Source: Anaerolineae bacterium (lineage in GTDB: Bacteria; Chloroflexota; Anaerolineae; S140-20). Taken from it: a stretch of 64,000 bases of DNA. The notes below the pieces were generated by a model that saw only the letters and a list, made by a program, of their open reading frames with translations, did not search any database and was not told the DNA's origin. The stretch lies in assembly GCA_027021705.1 (NCBI GenBank), contig JALUTT010000002.1, positions 11,650 to 75,649 on the forward strand. The letters are read 5' to 3'. The position numbers were made by a program, and so were the translations under genes. Below are positions 37,375-46,919 of this stretch, in pieces (the first letter of the stretch is position 1; each line of letters opens with the position of its first letter).

Positions 37375-38393
37375 TGGTCGGGCCGCACCGGCGCTACAAC
37401 CCGCTGACGGGGGAGTGGGTCCTCGTCTCTCCCCAGCGGATACAGCGCCCCTGGCGGGGCCAGGTGGAGCCGTCTCCTCAGGAGGCGCGCCCTGCTTACG
37501 ATCCCGACTGCTACCTCTGCCCCGGCAACGAACGGGCCGGCGGCCAGCGCAACCCTCCTTATACCGATACCTTTGTCTTCGACAACGATTTCCCCGCCCT
37601 CCTGCCCGACGCCCCGCCCTTCCAGATGGACGAGCAGGGGCTGCTCATCGCCCGGCGCGAACGGGGCATCTGCCGTGTCCTCTGCTTCTCCCCTCGCCAC
37701 GACCTGACGCTGGCGACGTTGTCCTCGTCTGCCCTCCTGCGCGTGGTAGAGACCTGGATCGAGCAATATCGGGATCTGGGGGCGCGCCCCTTCATCCGCT
37801 ACGTCCAGATCTTTGAGAACAAGGGAACGATGATGGGAGCCAGCAACCCCCACCCTCACGGTCAGGTCTGGGGGGTGGAGCACCTACCCAACGAGCCGGC
37901 CAAGGAGTTGCGGGCCCAGCGAGTCTACCGGCGCTCTCACGGCTCCTGCCTCTTGTGCGACTATCGGGACCTGGAGGTACGGCTGGGGGAGCGGGTCGTC
38001 GGCCAGAACGATCACTTCCTCGTCATAGTCCCCTTCTGGGCCATCTGGCCCTTCGAGACGTTGCTGCTCAGCCGGCGGCACGTCGGCTCCCTGGCCGATC
38101 TGACCGAGGAGGAGCAGGCCGGGTTGGCCGACATCCTCCAGCAGCTCACCCGCTGCTACGATGCCCTTTTCCAAACTCCCTTCCCCTACTCGATGGGCTT
38201 TCATCAGCAGCCTACCGATGGGCACCCCTACCCGGCCTGGCACCTGCACGCCCACTTCTACCCTCCGCTGCTCCGCTCGGCGACCATTCGGAAGTTTATG
38301 GTCGGCTACGAAATGCTGGGGGAGCCCCAGCGGGATCTGACGCCGGAGGAGGCGGCCGGCCGGCTGCGGTCGGTCGCCGGCCGTCGTTTTTGA
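37374..38393 (+). CDS. galT: Galactose-1-phosphate uridylyltransferase
   Basis: [26 protein letters not shown] and KFMVGYEML motifs. Confidence 0.97.
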   Translation: MVGPHRRYNPLTGEWVLVSPQRIQRPWRGQVEPSPQEARPAYDPDCYLCPGNERAGGQRNPPYTDTFVFDNDFPALLPDAPPFQMDEQGLLIARRERGICRVLCFSPRHDLTLATLSSSALLRVVETWIEQYRDLGARPFIRYVQIFENKGTMMGASNPHPHGQVWGVEHLPNEPAKELRAQRVYRRSHGSCLLCDYRDLEVRLGERVVGQNDHFLVIVPFWAIWPFETLLLSRRHVGSLADLTEEEQAGLADILQQLTRCYDALFQTPFPYSMGFHQQPTDGHPYPAWHLHAHFYPPLLRSATIRKFMVGYEMLGEPQRDLTPEEAAGRLRSVAGRRF

Positions 38394-38568
38394 AAACTCC
38401 CTTGAGCCATAATGGTCCCTAAAAGGCGCGACCGTTGGGAGAGGGCACCTCCCGACGGCCACTGACCCCCGCCACCGCTTGCACCGGAGGCAGGGGCTGA
38501 GAGGATTAGAGCGCGACCAAGGGGGACCGCCGATACGCTGGACATTGCACGGTATAGGGAGAGTTGCC

Positions 38569-39084
38569 GTGGGTACGTCTCTGGTAGAGAGGCCTGAGGA
38601 GTCCCTGGAACAGCAGGTAGGCCGGCTGCTCCGGGAGCGGGGGCTGACGCTGGCCCTGGCGGAAAGCTGCACCGGCGGGCTGCTGGGCCACCGCATCACC
38701 GAGGTGCCCGGCAGCTCCGCCTACTTCCTGGGCGGGATCGTCGCCTACAGCTACGAGGCCAAAGAGCGGCTGTTGGGGGTGCGTCACAACACCCTCTACG
38801 ACCACGGCGCGGTCAGTGCCGAGACCGCCGTGGAGATGGCCCGGGGAGCCCGCCGAGCCCTGGGAGCCGACGTCGCCCTCGCCATCACCGGCATCGCCGG
38901 CCCCACCGGCGGCACGCCCGACAAGCCCATCGGCCTCACCTACGTCGCCCTCTCCGCCCGCGACCGGGAGGTGTGGGAGCGGCACGTTTGGAACCAGGAC
39001 CGCAGCGGCAACAAGGCCCTCTCCGCCGAGGCGGCGCTGAAGCTCCTGCTCCGCTACCTGCGGGAGACTGCCGGGGCCGGCTGA
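38569..39084 (+). CDS. CinA C-terminal domain protein (NMN deamidase, PncC-like)
   Basis: AESCTGG, PGSSAYF and ITGIAGP motifs. Confidence 0.93.
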   Translation: MGTSLVERPEESLEQQVGRLLRERGLTLALAESCTGGLLGHRITEVPGSSAYFLGGIVAYSYEAKERLLGVRHNTLYDHGAVSAETAVEMARGARRALGADVALAITGIAGPTGGTPDKPIGLTYVALSARDREVWERHVWNQDRSGNKALSAEAALKLLLRYLRETAGAG

Positions 39085-39096
39085 CCATCCCGCTCC

Positions 39097-39453
39097 CTAC
39101 GCGCCCTCCTCCTCCTCGCCCACCAGGAGGTTGAGCACCAGGCTCACCAGGCTGACCAGCAGCGCCCCCCAAAAGGCAGCCCAGAACCCCTCCACGTAGA
39201 AGCCGGGCGTCAACCAGGCGGCCAGTCGGAAGAGCAGCGCGTTGATGACCAAGACGAAGAGCCCCAACGTCAGCAGCACCAGCGGACAGGTGAGGAGGAT
39301 GAGTAGGGGGCGCAGGAGGGCATTGACCAGCCCCAGCACCAGGGCGACCACGGCCAAGGAGAGGCCGTTGGTGGCGTAGACGCCGGGGATCAGTTGGGTC
39401 GCCACGAAGACGGCCAGGATGTTGATGACCCAGCGGATCAGCAGTTGTCGCAC
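39097..39453 (-). CDS. YvlD-like 4-TM 'phage holin family' membrane protein
   Basis: LVNALLRPLL..LTLGLF.LVINA motif. Confidence 0.9.
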   Translation of the reverse strand: MRQLLIRWVINILAVFVATQLIPGVYATNGLSLAVVALVLGLVNALLRPLLILLTCPLVLLTLGLFVLVINALLFRLAAWLTPGFYVEGFWAAFWGALLVSLVSLVLNLLVGEEEEGA

Positions 39454-39462
39454 CGGCCCTCC

Positions 39463-39840
39463 TCACTCCACGAAGATCTCAACCCGCTCGCCATCCTCTT
39501 CATCAATCACGTCCACGATCTTCCCCTCGGCCCCGGAGCGGATCGCCTCCATCACCTCTTCCAGGTCAATGTCGTTAGGGGCGAAGCGAGCGCCCATCCT
39601 GAGCCCCACGTTGATCAGCCCCCAGGGCAGGTTAATGTTGACCTTGGACCGGCCCGTGTCCAGGTCGGTCACCCGGACGCGGAACCAGCGGGGCTTCCTG
39701 CCCCGACCGCCCGGCCAGCGCTTTTCCCGACGGCGATCCTCCTCCCTCAGGGCTTCCAGCAACTGGGCTCCTTCCTCGGCGGTGATCTGGCCGCTTTCGA
39801 TCATCTTCAGGATCTGCAACCGTTCTTCTGCTGTTGCCAT
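39463..39840 (-). CDS. SHOCT-like domain protein
   Basis: EERLQILKMIESGQITAEEGAQLLEAL. Confidence 0.85.
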   Translation of the reverse strand: MATAEERLQILKMIESGQITAEEGAQLLEALREEDRRREKRWPGGRGRKPRWFRVRVTDLDTGRSKVNINLPWGLINVGLRMGARFAPNDIDLEEVMEAIRSGAEGKIVDVIDEEDGERVEIFVE

Positions 39841-39926
39841 AGGATACCTCCTAATGGGCTGTATGAGCATCCCGACATCTTCACGCGCCGGTCTTGATGA
39901 GCCGCCGAGCGCCCCACGCTATCACC

Positions 39927-41165
39927 CTATCCCATAACCTCGATGGCGGCTCCTTTCTGAGATACCCCCACTCTCAGGGCCCATCCCATCGCCAGGCCCC
40001 CGGCCAGTGTCAGCCCTCCTGCCAGCAAAAAGACCTCTCGCAGTCCCAAGAGCCCACCCAACCAGCCGGCAGCTCCCATAGAGGTCAGGTTGGCTAGGGT
40101 GATCGCCATGTCCACCACCGATCCGGCCCGCCCTAGCATCCGCTGAGGGATCTCCTGCTGCATCATAGTCTGCAATCCCGCATTCAGCGGCGGGATTGTC
40201 AGGCCGACGAAAGGGATGATCAGGAGCGCCGCGGAGTAGCCAGGGGCCATCCCGAAGAGGGCCACCGCGAGCCCCAGCAGGAACATCGCTGTGACTGAGA
40301 CCCGCAGGGGGGAAAAGCGCTTCCCCAGAGTCCCCATCGCCAGCCCTCCCAGGAGCATCCCACCTCCCTGGGCTGCCTGGAGCCCTCCCAGCGCTTCCGG
40401 GGGTGCCTGAAAAGCGCGACGGAGGAAGGGGACGAAGAGCACGTTGACCGCTCCCAACCCCAGCATGGCCACACCCAGACCCAGGATGATCCCCTGAAGG
40501 AGGCGGCTCTGCAGGACGTACCGCACCCCTTCGGCTAGATCGTGCCAGGCCGGTCGCTGGAGGGCTTCCTTGGAGGCAGGGCGGGTGACCACCCCTCGGA
40601 TGCTCAACACCAGCAAGGCCGAGACCAGGTAGCTGGCACCGTCCACCCCGAAAGCCACGCCTGTTCCCCAGCGGCCCACAACGATACCGGCCAGGATGGG
40701 ACCGGAGAGGATCGCCACGGTTCGCCCCACCTGCATCCAACCGTTGGCGGACATCAGGTCCTCCTCCGCCACCAAGGCGGGCAGGAGCGCACCACGGGCG
40801 GGGTAGAAGAGGACGCTGAAGGAGGAGATCGAGAAGGCGATCCCGAAGGCCCAGAACAGGTGACCGGGGTCTCGAAGCAAGAGGAAGGCGGGCACCAGGG
40901 CAGCACGGGCCAGATCGGAGACGACCATCACCCGACGTCGGTCCCAACGGTCCACCAACGTTCCTGCAAAGATGCCTAGGAGGAGCTGGGGGAGGGCGAA
41001 GGCGATCAGCACACCTCCCAGAGCGCGCGCCGAATCGCCTGGGTCTGTGAAGAAGCTGTCAATCCGCACCGCTAGGGCTAGAAAGGAAAAGGTATCCCCG
41101 GCCCCTGAGATCCACTGGGCCAGCCAAAGCAACAAGAAGTTCCGATTGCGCAGCATAGAGCTCAT
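39927..41165 (-). CDS. MFS transporter
   Basis: GTLVDRWDRRRVM motif A; about 12 TM segments. Confidence 0.92.
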   Translation of the reverse strand: MSSMLRNRNFLLLWLAQWISGAGDTFSFLALAVRIDSFFTDPGDSARALGGVLIAFALPQLLLGIFAGTLVDRWDRRRVMVVSDLARAALVPAFLLLRDPGHLFWAFGIAFSISSFSVLFYPARGALLPALVAEEDLMSANGWMQVGRTVAILSGPILAGIVVGRWGTGVAFGVDGASYLVSALLVLSIRGVVTRPASKEALQRPAWHDLAEGVRYVLQSRLLQGIILGLGVAMLGLGAVNVLFVPFLRRAFQAPPEALGGLQAAQGGGMLLGGLAMGTLGKRFSPLRVSVTAMFLLGLAVALFGMAPGYSAALLIIPFVGLTIPPLNAGLQTMMQQEIPQRMLGRAGSVVDMAITLANLTSMGAAGWLGGLLGLREVFLLAGGLTLAGGLAMGWALRVGVSQKGAAIEVMG

Positions 41166-41171
41166 GACGTG

Positions 41172-42194
41172 CTACTCCCGGCTCAATACCAGGCGCATAT
41201 GGATCAAGGTCTGGACCGCCTCGAAGCCGACCCCCTGCAGCAGGTCGAGCGCCAGCTGGTCTTCGTGGGAGAGGCGGGCGGTGATGGGGTGGCCAGGCGC
41301 CGAGGTCAGCACGGCCAGGCCCTGGGCGATCAGCGCGGCCTCCACCTGCCCTCGGACCGACGGGGCGACGAGGAGGCGGAGGCGATGGCTTGCCCGCCTC
41401 TGCCGACGCACCTCCACGCCCACCGCCGCCAGCAGGCGGTCCCCTTGCTCCCACAGCCACCAGGAGCGACGCCGTCCGCTCAGCCAATCCCCCAGCCGCT
41501 CCCAGAGGCCCAGCCGGTAGGGATCGGGACGGACGGGGGCCATCCAGGCCAGGCCGTCCGGCCAACTCTCTCGGGCCAGATGATAGATGTGGCGCTGATC
41601 CCCGGGACGGGCGGGGCGGAGCGGCTGTGATGGCGCGGGGAGGGTATCCGGGGGAGCGTCCGGCGGGCGTTGGAGGAAGATCACCCGCCCCTCCTCCTGG
41701 AAGCCCAGCCGCCGATAGAGGCGCAGGGCGGCCTCGTTGTTGGCCCGCACCTGGAGTCCCACCCACGCACCACCGTGCTGACGGGCAAAGGTGATGGCCG
41801 CTTCCATCAAGGCGGTGCCGATCCCCTGCCGTCGGTAGTCGGGGTGGACGGCCACGTTGCCGATCAACCAGCCCTGCCCGCCGGGACGAGGCAGGCCCGA
41901 TCCGTAGGGGGGGAAGGGGCGGATGGAGGCGTTGCCCACGATCCGCCCCTCCTCGACCCAGACGAAGCCGGAGAGCACCCCCTCACCGGGGGGCACGACC
42001 TGGTTGGTCAGCCAGAGCAAGGGGGAGACCCAGGCCAGCCAACGCATCTCCCGCAACGCCCGCCGGCCGGCCTCGTCCAGTTCATCCCCAAAGGCCAAGG
42101 CGATCAGGTCGGCCACGGGCCGCAGGTCGGTGATGGCGCGAAAGGGACGAATTCCGTCGGGGTTCCGACGTCCCCGAGCAGCCTGGGCGACCAT
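41172..42194 (-). CDS. GNAT family N-acetyltransferase
   Basis: VAVHPDYRRQGIG and NEAALRLYRRLGF motifs. Confidence 0.9.
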   Translation of the reverse strand: MVAQAARGRRNPDGIRPFRAITDLRPVADLIALAFGDELDEAGRRALREMRWLAWVSPLLWLTNQVVPPGEGVLSGFVWVEEGRIVGNASIRPFPPYGSGLPRPGGQGWLIGNVAVHPDYRRQGIGTALMEAAITFARQHGGAWVGLQVRANNEAALRLYRRLGFQEEGRVIFLQRPPDAPPDTLPAPSQPLRPARPGDQRHIYHLARESWPDGLAWMAPVRPDPYRLGLWERLGDWLSGRRRSWWLWEQGDRLLAAVGVEVRRQRRASHRLRLLVAPSVRGQVEAALIAQGLAVLTSAPGHPITARLSHEDQLALDLLQGVGFEAVQTLIHMRLVLSRE

Positions 42195-42198
42195 CGGC

Positions 42199-43377
42199 CT
42201 ACGATCCCATCGCCTCGAGGAGTCGGGCCGCTTCCTCGGCGCTCAGCTTGCCCGCCTCGACCATCCGCAGCACCATCAACCGTTCCTCCTCGGTGACCGG
42301 TTCCTCGTCCTGACGGATGCGCACATCCCGCTCCGGGGCGACGTCCTCCTCCCACCACCGCCACTGCCGCTGAGCTGCTCTGGCCCGGCGTCGGGCCGCC
42401 TTGGCCATCTTCCGGGCGTGGCGTTGGGCACGTCGGGCGGCCTTCTCCGCCTTGCGCCGCACCTTCCTGGCCTCCCAGCGACTCAACTGGGCCTGGATCA
42501 GCGCATCAATCTCGCTGAGTCGGGCGTCCAACTGGCGTCCGACCTCCGCCATCACCCGCTCGATGGTCTCCTCGATCTCCTCTCCCAAAGTGACGCCGAA
42601 AGCGACACCCACGCCCTCGGTGGGGGGAGCGAGGAGCACATCCCCACCGGCCTGGACCTCCAGTGTCGCCTCACCCGTACCGATCCGACCAACCAGGCGA
42701 TGGCGCTCCGGCTGTTGACGCTCCACGAAGGAGATCGCTTCGTCCTCGATGATCTCGCCTTCTGCCTGCACCGTCACCTGGACGTTGCTCTCCTCGTCCA
42801 GGCGGAGGAGCGCATCGCCATCCACCTGGAAGCGATACGTCTTCCCAGCCGTCAACGGGGTGTGGAGCAAAAGGTCGCCTTCTACCTGCTCGACGGCAGC
42901 ACCGCCTTCCAGGTCTCGGACCACCAGGTCCCCGGCGATCTGCTGGGCAGTCAGGAGCCCCTCCACCTGCTTGAGGATGACGTCGCCGAAGACCTGGCCC
43001 AGGGTCAGGTCTCCCTGGACCCGTCGGGCGTGGAGGTCCCCCTGCACCTCATCGGCCGTCGTCGGCCCCACCTGCTTGAGGGTCAGGTCGCCGCGCACCT
43101 GGCGCAAGGCCAGCGGCCCCTCCAGACGACGCAGCGTCAGGTTTCCCTCGGCCCGTTCCACGGTCACCGTCGTTCCCTCGGGACAGACGACGGTGCAGCG
43201 GGCCTGGAGGCTCAGGGTGAAGGTCTCGCCCTCCCTGCTGACCTCCATCTCCATCGCATTCCCATAGAGCTTGACGACGATCTCCCGTTCCCCTTCCCCC
43301 CGAATGGTCAGGTCATCCTCGCTGTGAGCAATGGTCAGGTGGGGGCGAGCCGAAACTTCGAACCGCTGAACGTACAT
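42199..43377 (-). CDS. DUF4097/Toastrack-like beta-repeat protein with C-terminal SHOCT-like domain
   Basis: Repeated V.GDL.L units; C-terminal EERLMVLRMVEAGKLSAEEAARLLEAM. Confidence 0.8.
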   Translation of the reverse strand: MYVQRFEVSARPHLTIAHSEDDLTIRGEGEREIVVKLYGNAMEMEVSREGETFTLSLQARCTVVCPEGTTVTVERAEGNLTLRRLEGPLALRQVRGDLTLKQVGPTTADEVQGDLHARRVQGDLTLGQVFGDVILKQVEGLLTAQQIAGDLVVRDLEGGAAVEQVEGDLLLHTPLTAGKTYRFQVDGDALLRLDEESNVQVTVQAEGEIIEDEAISFVERQQPERHRLVGRIGTGEATLEVQAGGDVLLAPPTEGVGVAFGVTLGEEIEETIERVMAEVGRQLDARLSEIDALIQAQLSRWEARKVRRKAEKAARRAQRHARKMAKAARRRARAAQRQWRWWEEDVAPERDVRIRQDEEPVTEEERLMVLRMVEAGKLSAEEAARLLEAMGS

Positions 43378-43432
43378 CTTGCCCTCCTGTCTCGAATCCA
43401 GAGCCTGCTGTTGGCGGAGAACGGCTCACGCC

Positions 43433-43813
43433 TTACCGCTGGCGGAGGAGGTTCAACGCCTCCTGGGCTGTGATCTTGCCTTCCTGGAGCATCTGCAACA
43501 CAGCCATCCTCTCCTCTTGAGGGGGCGGAGCACCCTCTTCCTCGGGGATCTCGTAGCCCAGGGCCCGGATCACCTCCCGCAGGCGGCTGCGGACGGTGGG
43601 GTAGGAGAGCCCCAGTTCTTCCTGTACCCGGTTCAGCTTCCCCTCGCAGCGGATGAAGGTCTCGATGAAGTGGAGCTGTTCGGGCGTAAGCTGGTGGAAC
43701 CGTCCTAGGTCGAAGTGACCTTCGATGCTCGTGTCGCAGTTGCGGCAGTAAAGCCGGGTGACGATCAGGGTCTCCTGACAGACAGGACACCGACCGATGA
43801 GAGGGTACACCAT
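43433..43813 (-). CDS. DUF2089 family protein (Zn ribbon-HTH-SHOCT-like)
   Basis: CPVC..CRNC, LGLSYPTVRSRL and GKITAQEAL motifs. Confidence 0.9.
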   Translation of the reverse strand: MVYPLIGRCPVCQETLIVTRLYCRNCDTSIEGHFDLGRFHQLTPEQLHFIETFIRCEGKLNRVQEELGLSYPTVRSRLREVIRALGYEIPEEEGAPPPQEERMAVLQMLQEGKITAQEALNLLRQR

Positions 43814-44244
43814 GCAGCCTCCTTTCGCCTGCCAGGCCGGCCACCGGATGCGGCCTGGCTCCACGCCCTCAGCCCAGATGGGAACGTCTGGGGCTTCCGA
43901 CCTGCAAGATTATAGCACGAAAATTGATGTCTGTCAAGGGGGAAACTTAATTTTCTTTGTCGGAATGTGAATATTCTCAAGCTCGTTATTTACTTTCTTA
44001 AGGGTGTCTTTCCCTGCGGCTCCGCTTTCCCCATTGTTGCCACCGGATGACGCATCCTGTGGCGGTTCGGAGGATTGCGCATCCGCCAAGAGCGCTGGGA
44101 AGCTGGGTTGGGCGTTCAATAGGTCGGCTGGAGGATGGTCACCCATAGGAGCAAACAGCCGTTCGCCCCTATGGACGGGGCCCGGCGATCTACTTCCTAC
44201 GGGGAGGCCACCAGCCTTTGGAGGGGAGGGAGGGAACAAGGTGA

Positions 44245-44994
44245 TCAGGAGGCCGGCTTCCGCCGGTCACGTGGGGAGAGGTGCCGGTGTCGCCACCAGA
44301 CCTGCCAGACACGGAGGGCGGCTTCGATCTTCACCGGGATGGACATCTTGGAACGTCCAATCCGGCGATCCTCGAAGTAGATGGGGATCTCCAATACTCG
44401 GAAGCCCAGCTTCTGGGTCACGTAGGCCATCTCGACCTGGAAGACGTAGCCGTTGGAGCGGATGGTCTCCAGGTCAATGGCCTCCAGGACCTCCCGCCGC
44501 CAGCATTTGAAGCCGGCGGTGGCATCCTTCACCTTGAGGCCCAGGATGGGGCGGGCGTAGACACTGTTGGCCCACCAGCTCAACAGGTAGCGCCCTAATC
44601 CCCACCGCTCGTCCAGCCGGCCCCCTTCCACGTAGCGGGACCCAACGACAACGTCGTATTCCCGGACCTTCTCCAGAAACCGGGGGATGTAGCGGGGGTG
44701 ATGGGAGAAATCGGCGTCCATCTGGATAATGTAATCAGCGCCCCGGTCCAGGGCCCAGCGGAATCCGGCGCGATAGGCCCGCCCCAACCCCCGAGGGCCG
44801 GTCCGGTGGAGGACGTGCACCCGTTCCGGATAGCGACGGGCTAAGCCATCCGCAATGCGCCCCGTCCCGTCGGGGGAGGCATCGTCCACGATCAGCGTCT
44901 CTAGCCCTTCGATCTCCAGGGCCAGCAGCGCCGTCACCAGGGGGGTGACGTTCTCGGCTTCGTTGTAGGTGGGGACGACGACGATAGGTTTCAC
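44245..44994 (-). CDS. Polyprenol monophosphomannose synthase (GT2)
   Basis: [21 protein letters not shown] and SNGYVFQVE motifs. Confidence 0.92.
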   Translation of the reverse strand: MKPIVVVPTYNEAENVTPLVTALLALEIEGLETLIVDDASPDGTGRIADGLARRYPERVHVLHRTGPRGLGRAYRAGFRWALDRGADYIIQMDADFSHHPRYIPRFLEKVREYDVVVGSRYVEGGRLDERWGLGRYLLSWWANSVYARPILGLKVKDATAGFKCWRREVLEAIDLETIRSNGYVFQVEMAYVTQKLGFRVLEIPIYFEDRRIGRSKMSIPVKIEAALRVWQVWWRHRHLSPRDRRKPAS

Positions 44995-45016
44995 CGCTTG
45001 CCCTCCAGGGAGAGTA

Positions 45017-45068
45017 CGGCCAAAGAAAAAAGGGTTTACGCAGGCGACCTGGCCCGGCGCAAACCCTG
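45017..45068 (-). terminator. Probable intrinsic terminator
   Basis: Hairpin AGGGTTT..AAACCCT with an A-run on the + strand (U-tract on -) just after the response regulator stop. Confidence 0.6.
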
Positions 45069-45093
45069 GCGAGGCAGAGCTAAGGTGCAGCCC

Positions 45094-45969
45094 TCAGCGC
45101 GTCACCGTCTGCGCTTTGATCGCGGCCCGCTTGATGTCCATCGGCGTGGCGAAGGGACCGTCCTTATCGGTCACCACTCCGACGGCGATGGAGATCTGGG
45201 GACGGGAGCTTCGATCGGTCTCCCGATCCTTGAGGGGGTAGAAGTAGTCTATGGCCTGCTCTAGGCGCGATGTCACTTTCTGCTTCAGGTCCTGCACCTT
45301 GGCCGGCGTGGTGACCACCAGGAAATCGGCTTCCCCCAAGTGCCCGATGAAGGGGTCCCCATCTCCGATCTCCTTAGCCACATTGCGCATCATCAGGGCC
45401 ACGGCTCGCAGGACATCGTCGCTGGCCACAAAGCCATAACTATCGCTGAACTCGCGCAGGCCTCGGATTCCCACGGAGAGCAACGCCCACCCCCCCTGCT
45501 GGAGGGCTGTCTGGAGGCGTTCATCAATGAGGGGGTCTGTGGGAAGGCCGGTGATGGGGTTCACCAGGGTGCCCAGGCTGGCTCGCCGCAGGGCGTTGCG
45601 CACCCGGAGGCGAAGCTCCTGGATGTCGAACGGTTTGGTGATGTAATCCACCGCGCCCAATTCTAGCCCCGTCAGGCGGTCAATCCGTTCCCGGCGTTCG
45701 GTGAGAAAGATGATAGGAATGTGCTCAGTGCGACGATGGGATCGGAGCCGACGGCAGACCTCGTACCCGTCAATGTCTGGCAGGCGAATGTCCAGCACGA
45801 CCAGGTCCGGGATCACCTCCTGGGTCAACCGCAGGGCATCCTCTCCCCAGGCAGCGGAGAGCACCTCATAGCCCTGAGCCTCGAAGTAGGCCGTGAGCAT
45901 CTCCGCCGTATCCACATCGTCTTCAACCACGAGGATTCGTTGCACCTCTGTCATCGGTTTTTCCTCCAC
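45094..45969 (-). CDS. Response regulator with degenerate GGDEF-like output domain
   Basis: REC motifs (VEDD, LDIRLPDIDG, DYITKPF); NPITGLP and HLGEADF in place of GGDEF. Confidence 0.85.
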   Translation of the reverse strand: MEEKPMTEVQRILVVEDDVDTAEMLTAYFEAQGYEVLSAAWGEDALRLTQEVIPDLVVLDIRLPDIDGYEVCRRLRSHRRTEHIPIIFLTERRERIDRLTGLELGAVDYITKPFDIQELRLRVRNALRRASLGTLVNPITGLPTDPLIDERLQTALQQGGWALLSVGIRGLREFSDSYGFVASDDVLRAVALMMRNVAKEIGDGDPFIGHLGEADFLVVTTPAKVQDLKQKVTSRLEQAIDYFYPLKDRETDRSSRPQISIAVGVVTDKDGPFATPMDIKRAAIKAQTVTR

Positions 45970-45981
45970 GACAGACGGTGG

Positions 45982-46611
45982 CTAGCCAATCGGGTCTTTG
46001 TAGACCAGGAACTCGCAGCTCTTGTCCCCCACAGCGATGCAGGCGATCTCCTCAACGCGGAACTCCTTGCCTCCACTGGCCCACCGGAGGCCCTCTTGCA
46101 GCAGGCCGACGGCAGCATGGCAGACAGGCTTCTCGGCCTTGCGTCCCCAACAGACAGGGCAGCGCTCGATGATGTAGACGAAGTTCCCATCGCGCTCCTC
46201 GACCCGGCTGATCTGGTCGCTGACCTGGGTGAAGACCCGCGCCATAGCCGGCAGCCCCATCTTGAGCTTCATATGAAGGGGGACCATCTTCAAGGCCAGA
46301 TCACCCACGCCAGCCAGTGCGCCAAAGCCCTGCAACCCTCGAGCAAAGGAGGCCCTGCCAGCCCGGAGTGCCAACCCTCGTCCCCCTCGAGGTCCGTACA
46401 TATCCTCCAAAGCCTGGTTTAGGGCAGCGTAGTCGGCGAAGTCGAACTCCTTCTCGAGGTTATCCGGGGGGAAGTTATCAATGTACTCGCTCAGGCCGGC
46501 CATGTTGAGGATGGCGTTCAAGCCATTCCTCCCCATGATCTCCTCCATCGCCTGCAAATAGATGCGGGCGATCTTATTTGGGTAGTAGTACCCACTCTTC
46601 TCCTTAGCCAC
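45982..46611 (-). CDS. V4R (4-vinyl reductase) domain protein
   Basis: CPVCWG..PVCH..E..CIAVGDKSCEF. Confidence 0.85.
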   Translation of the reverse strand: MAKEKSGYYYPNKIARIYLQAMEEIMGRNGLNAILNMAGLSEYIDNFPPDNLEKEFDFADYAALNQALEDMYGPRGGRGLALRAGRASFARGLQGFGALAGVGDLALKMVPLHMKLKMGLPAMARVFTQVSDQISRVEERDGNFVYIIERCPVCWGRKAEKPVCHAAVGLLQEGLRWASGGKEFRVEEIACIAVGDKSCEFLVYKDPIG

Positions 46612-46919
46612 GCTGTGACCTCCTGCTGCAGTTGTGGGTTCCCAATCGAACTACAGGCTGAAATGGGTGTAAGGCATACCAGCCCTTCCCAGGTCCGTAG
46701 CAGGCGCGAGACCCTCCCCCGGCCAGAGGGGACGGCTATGGCAACGCACCGACGCCCGGTGAAGGGCAAATCACTGAGTAGATTACCATAGGTAGAGTTC
46801 CTTGTCAAGGTGTGCCCCATAACTTTCTGGGGCTTTTCGGTGCTCAAGCCAACCCCGGATTTCCAAGGTCTCCGCGAGGCGTCTTCACCCTGAGATGCCC
46901 TCGGACTCGGCTCCTCTCA

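Noticed and set aside
39097..39453. Prophage inferred from the 'holin' gene or the excisionase-like HTH proteins
   Set aside because: YvlD-like proteins and HTH_17 regulators are common chromosomal genes, and no phage structural genes are present.
43934..44239. Small ORF or structured RNA in the intergenic region
   Set aside because: No recognisable protein motif, RBS or RNA family consensus by eye; an Rfam scan would be needed.
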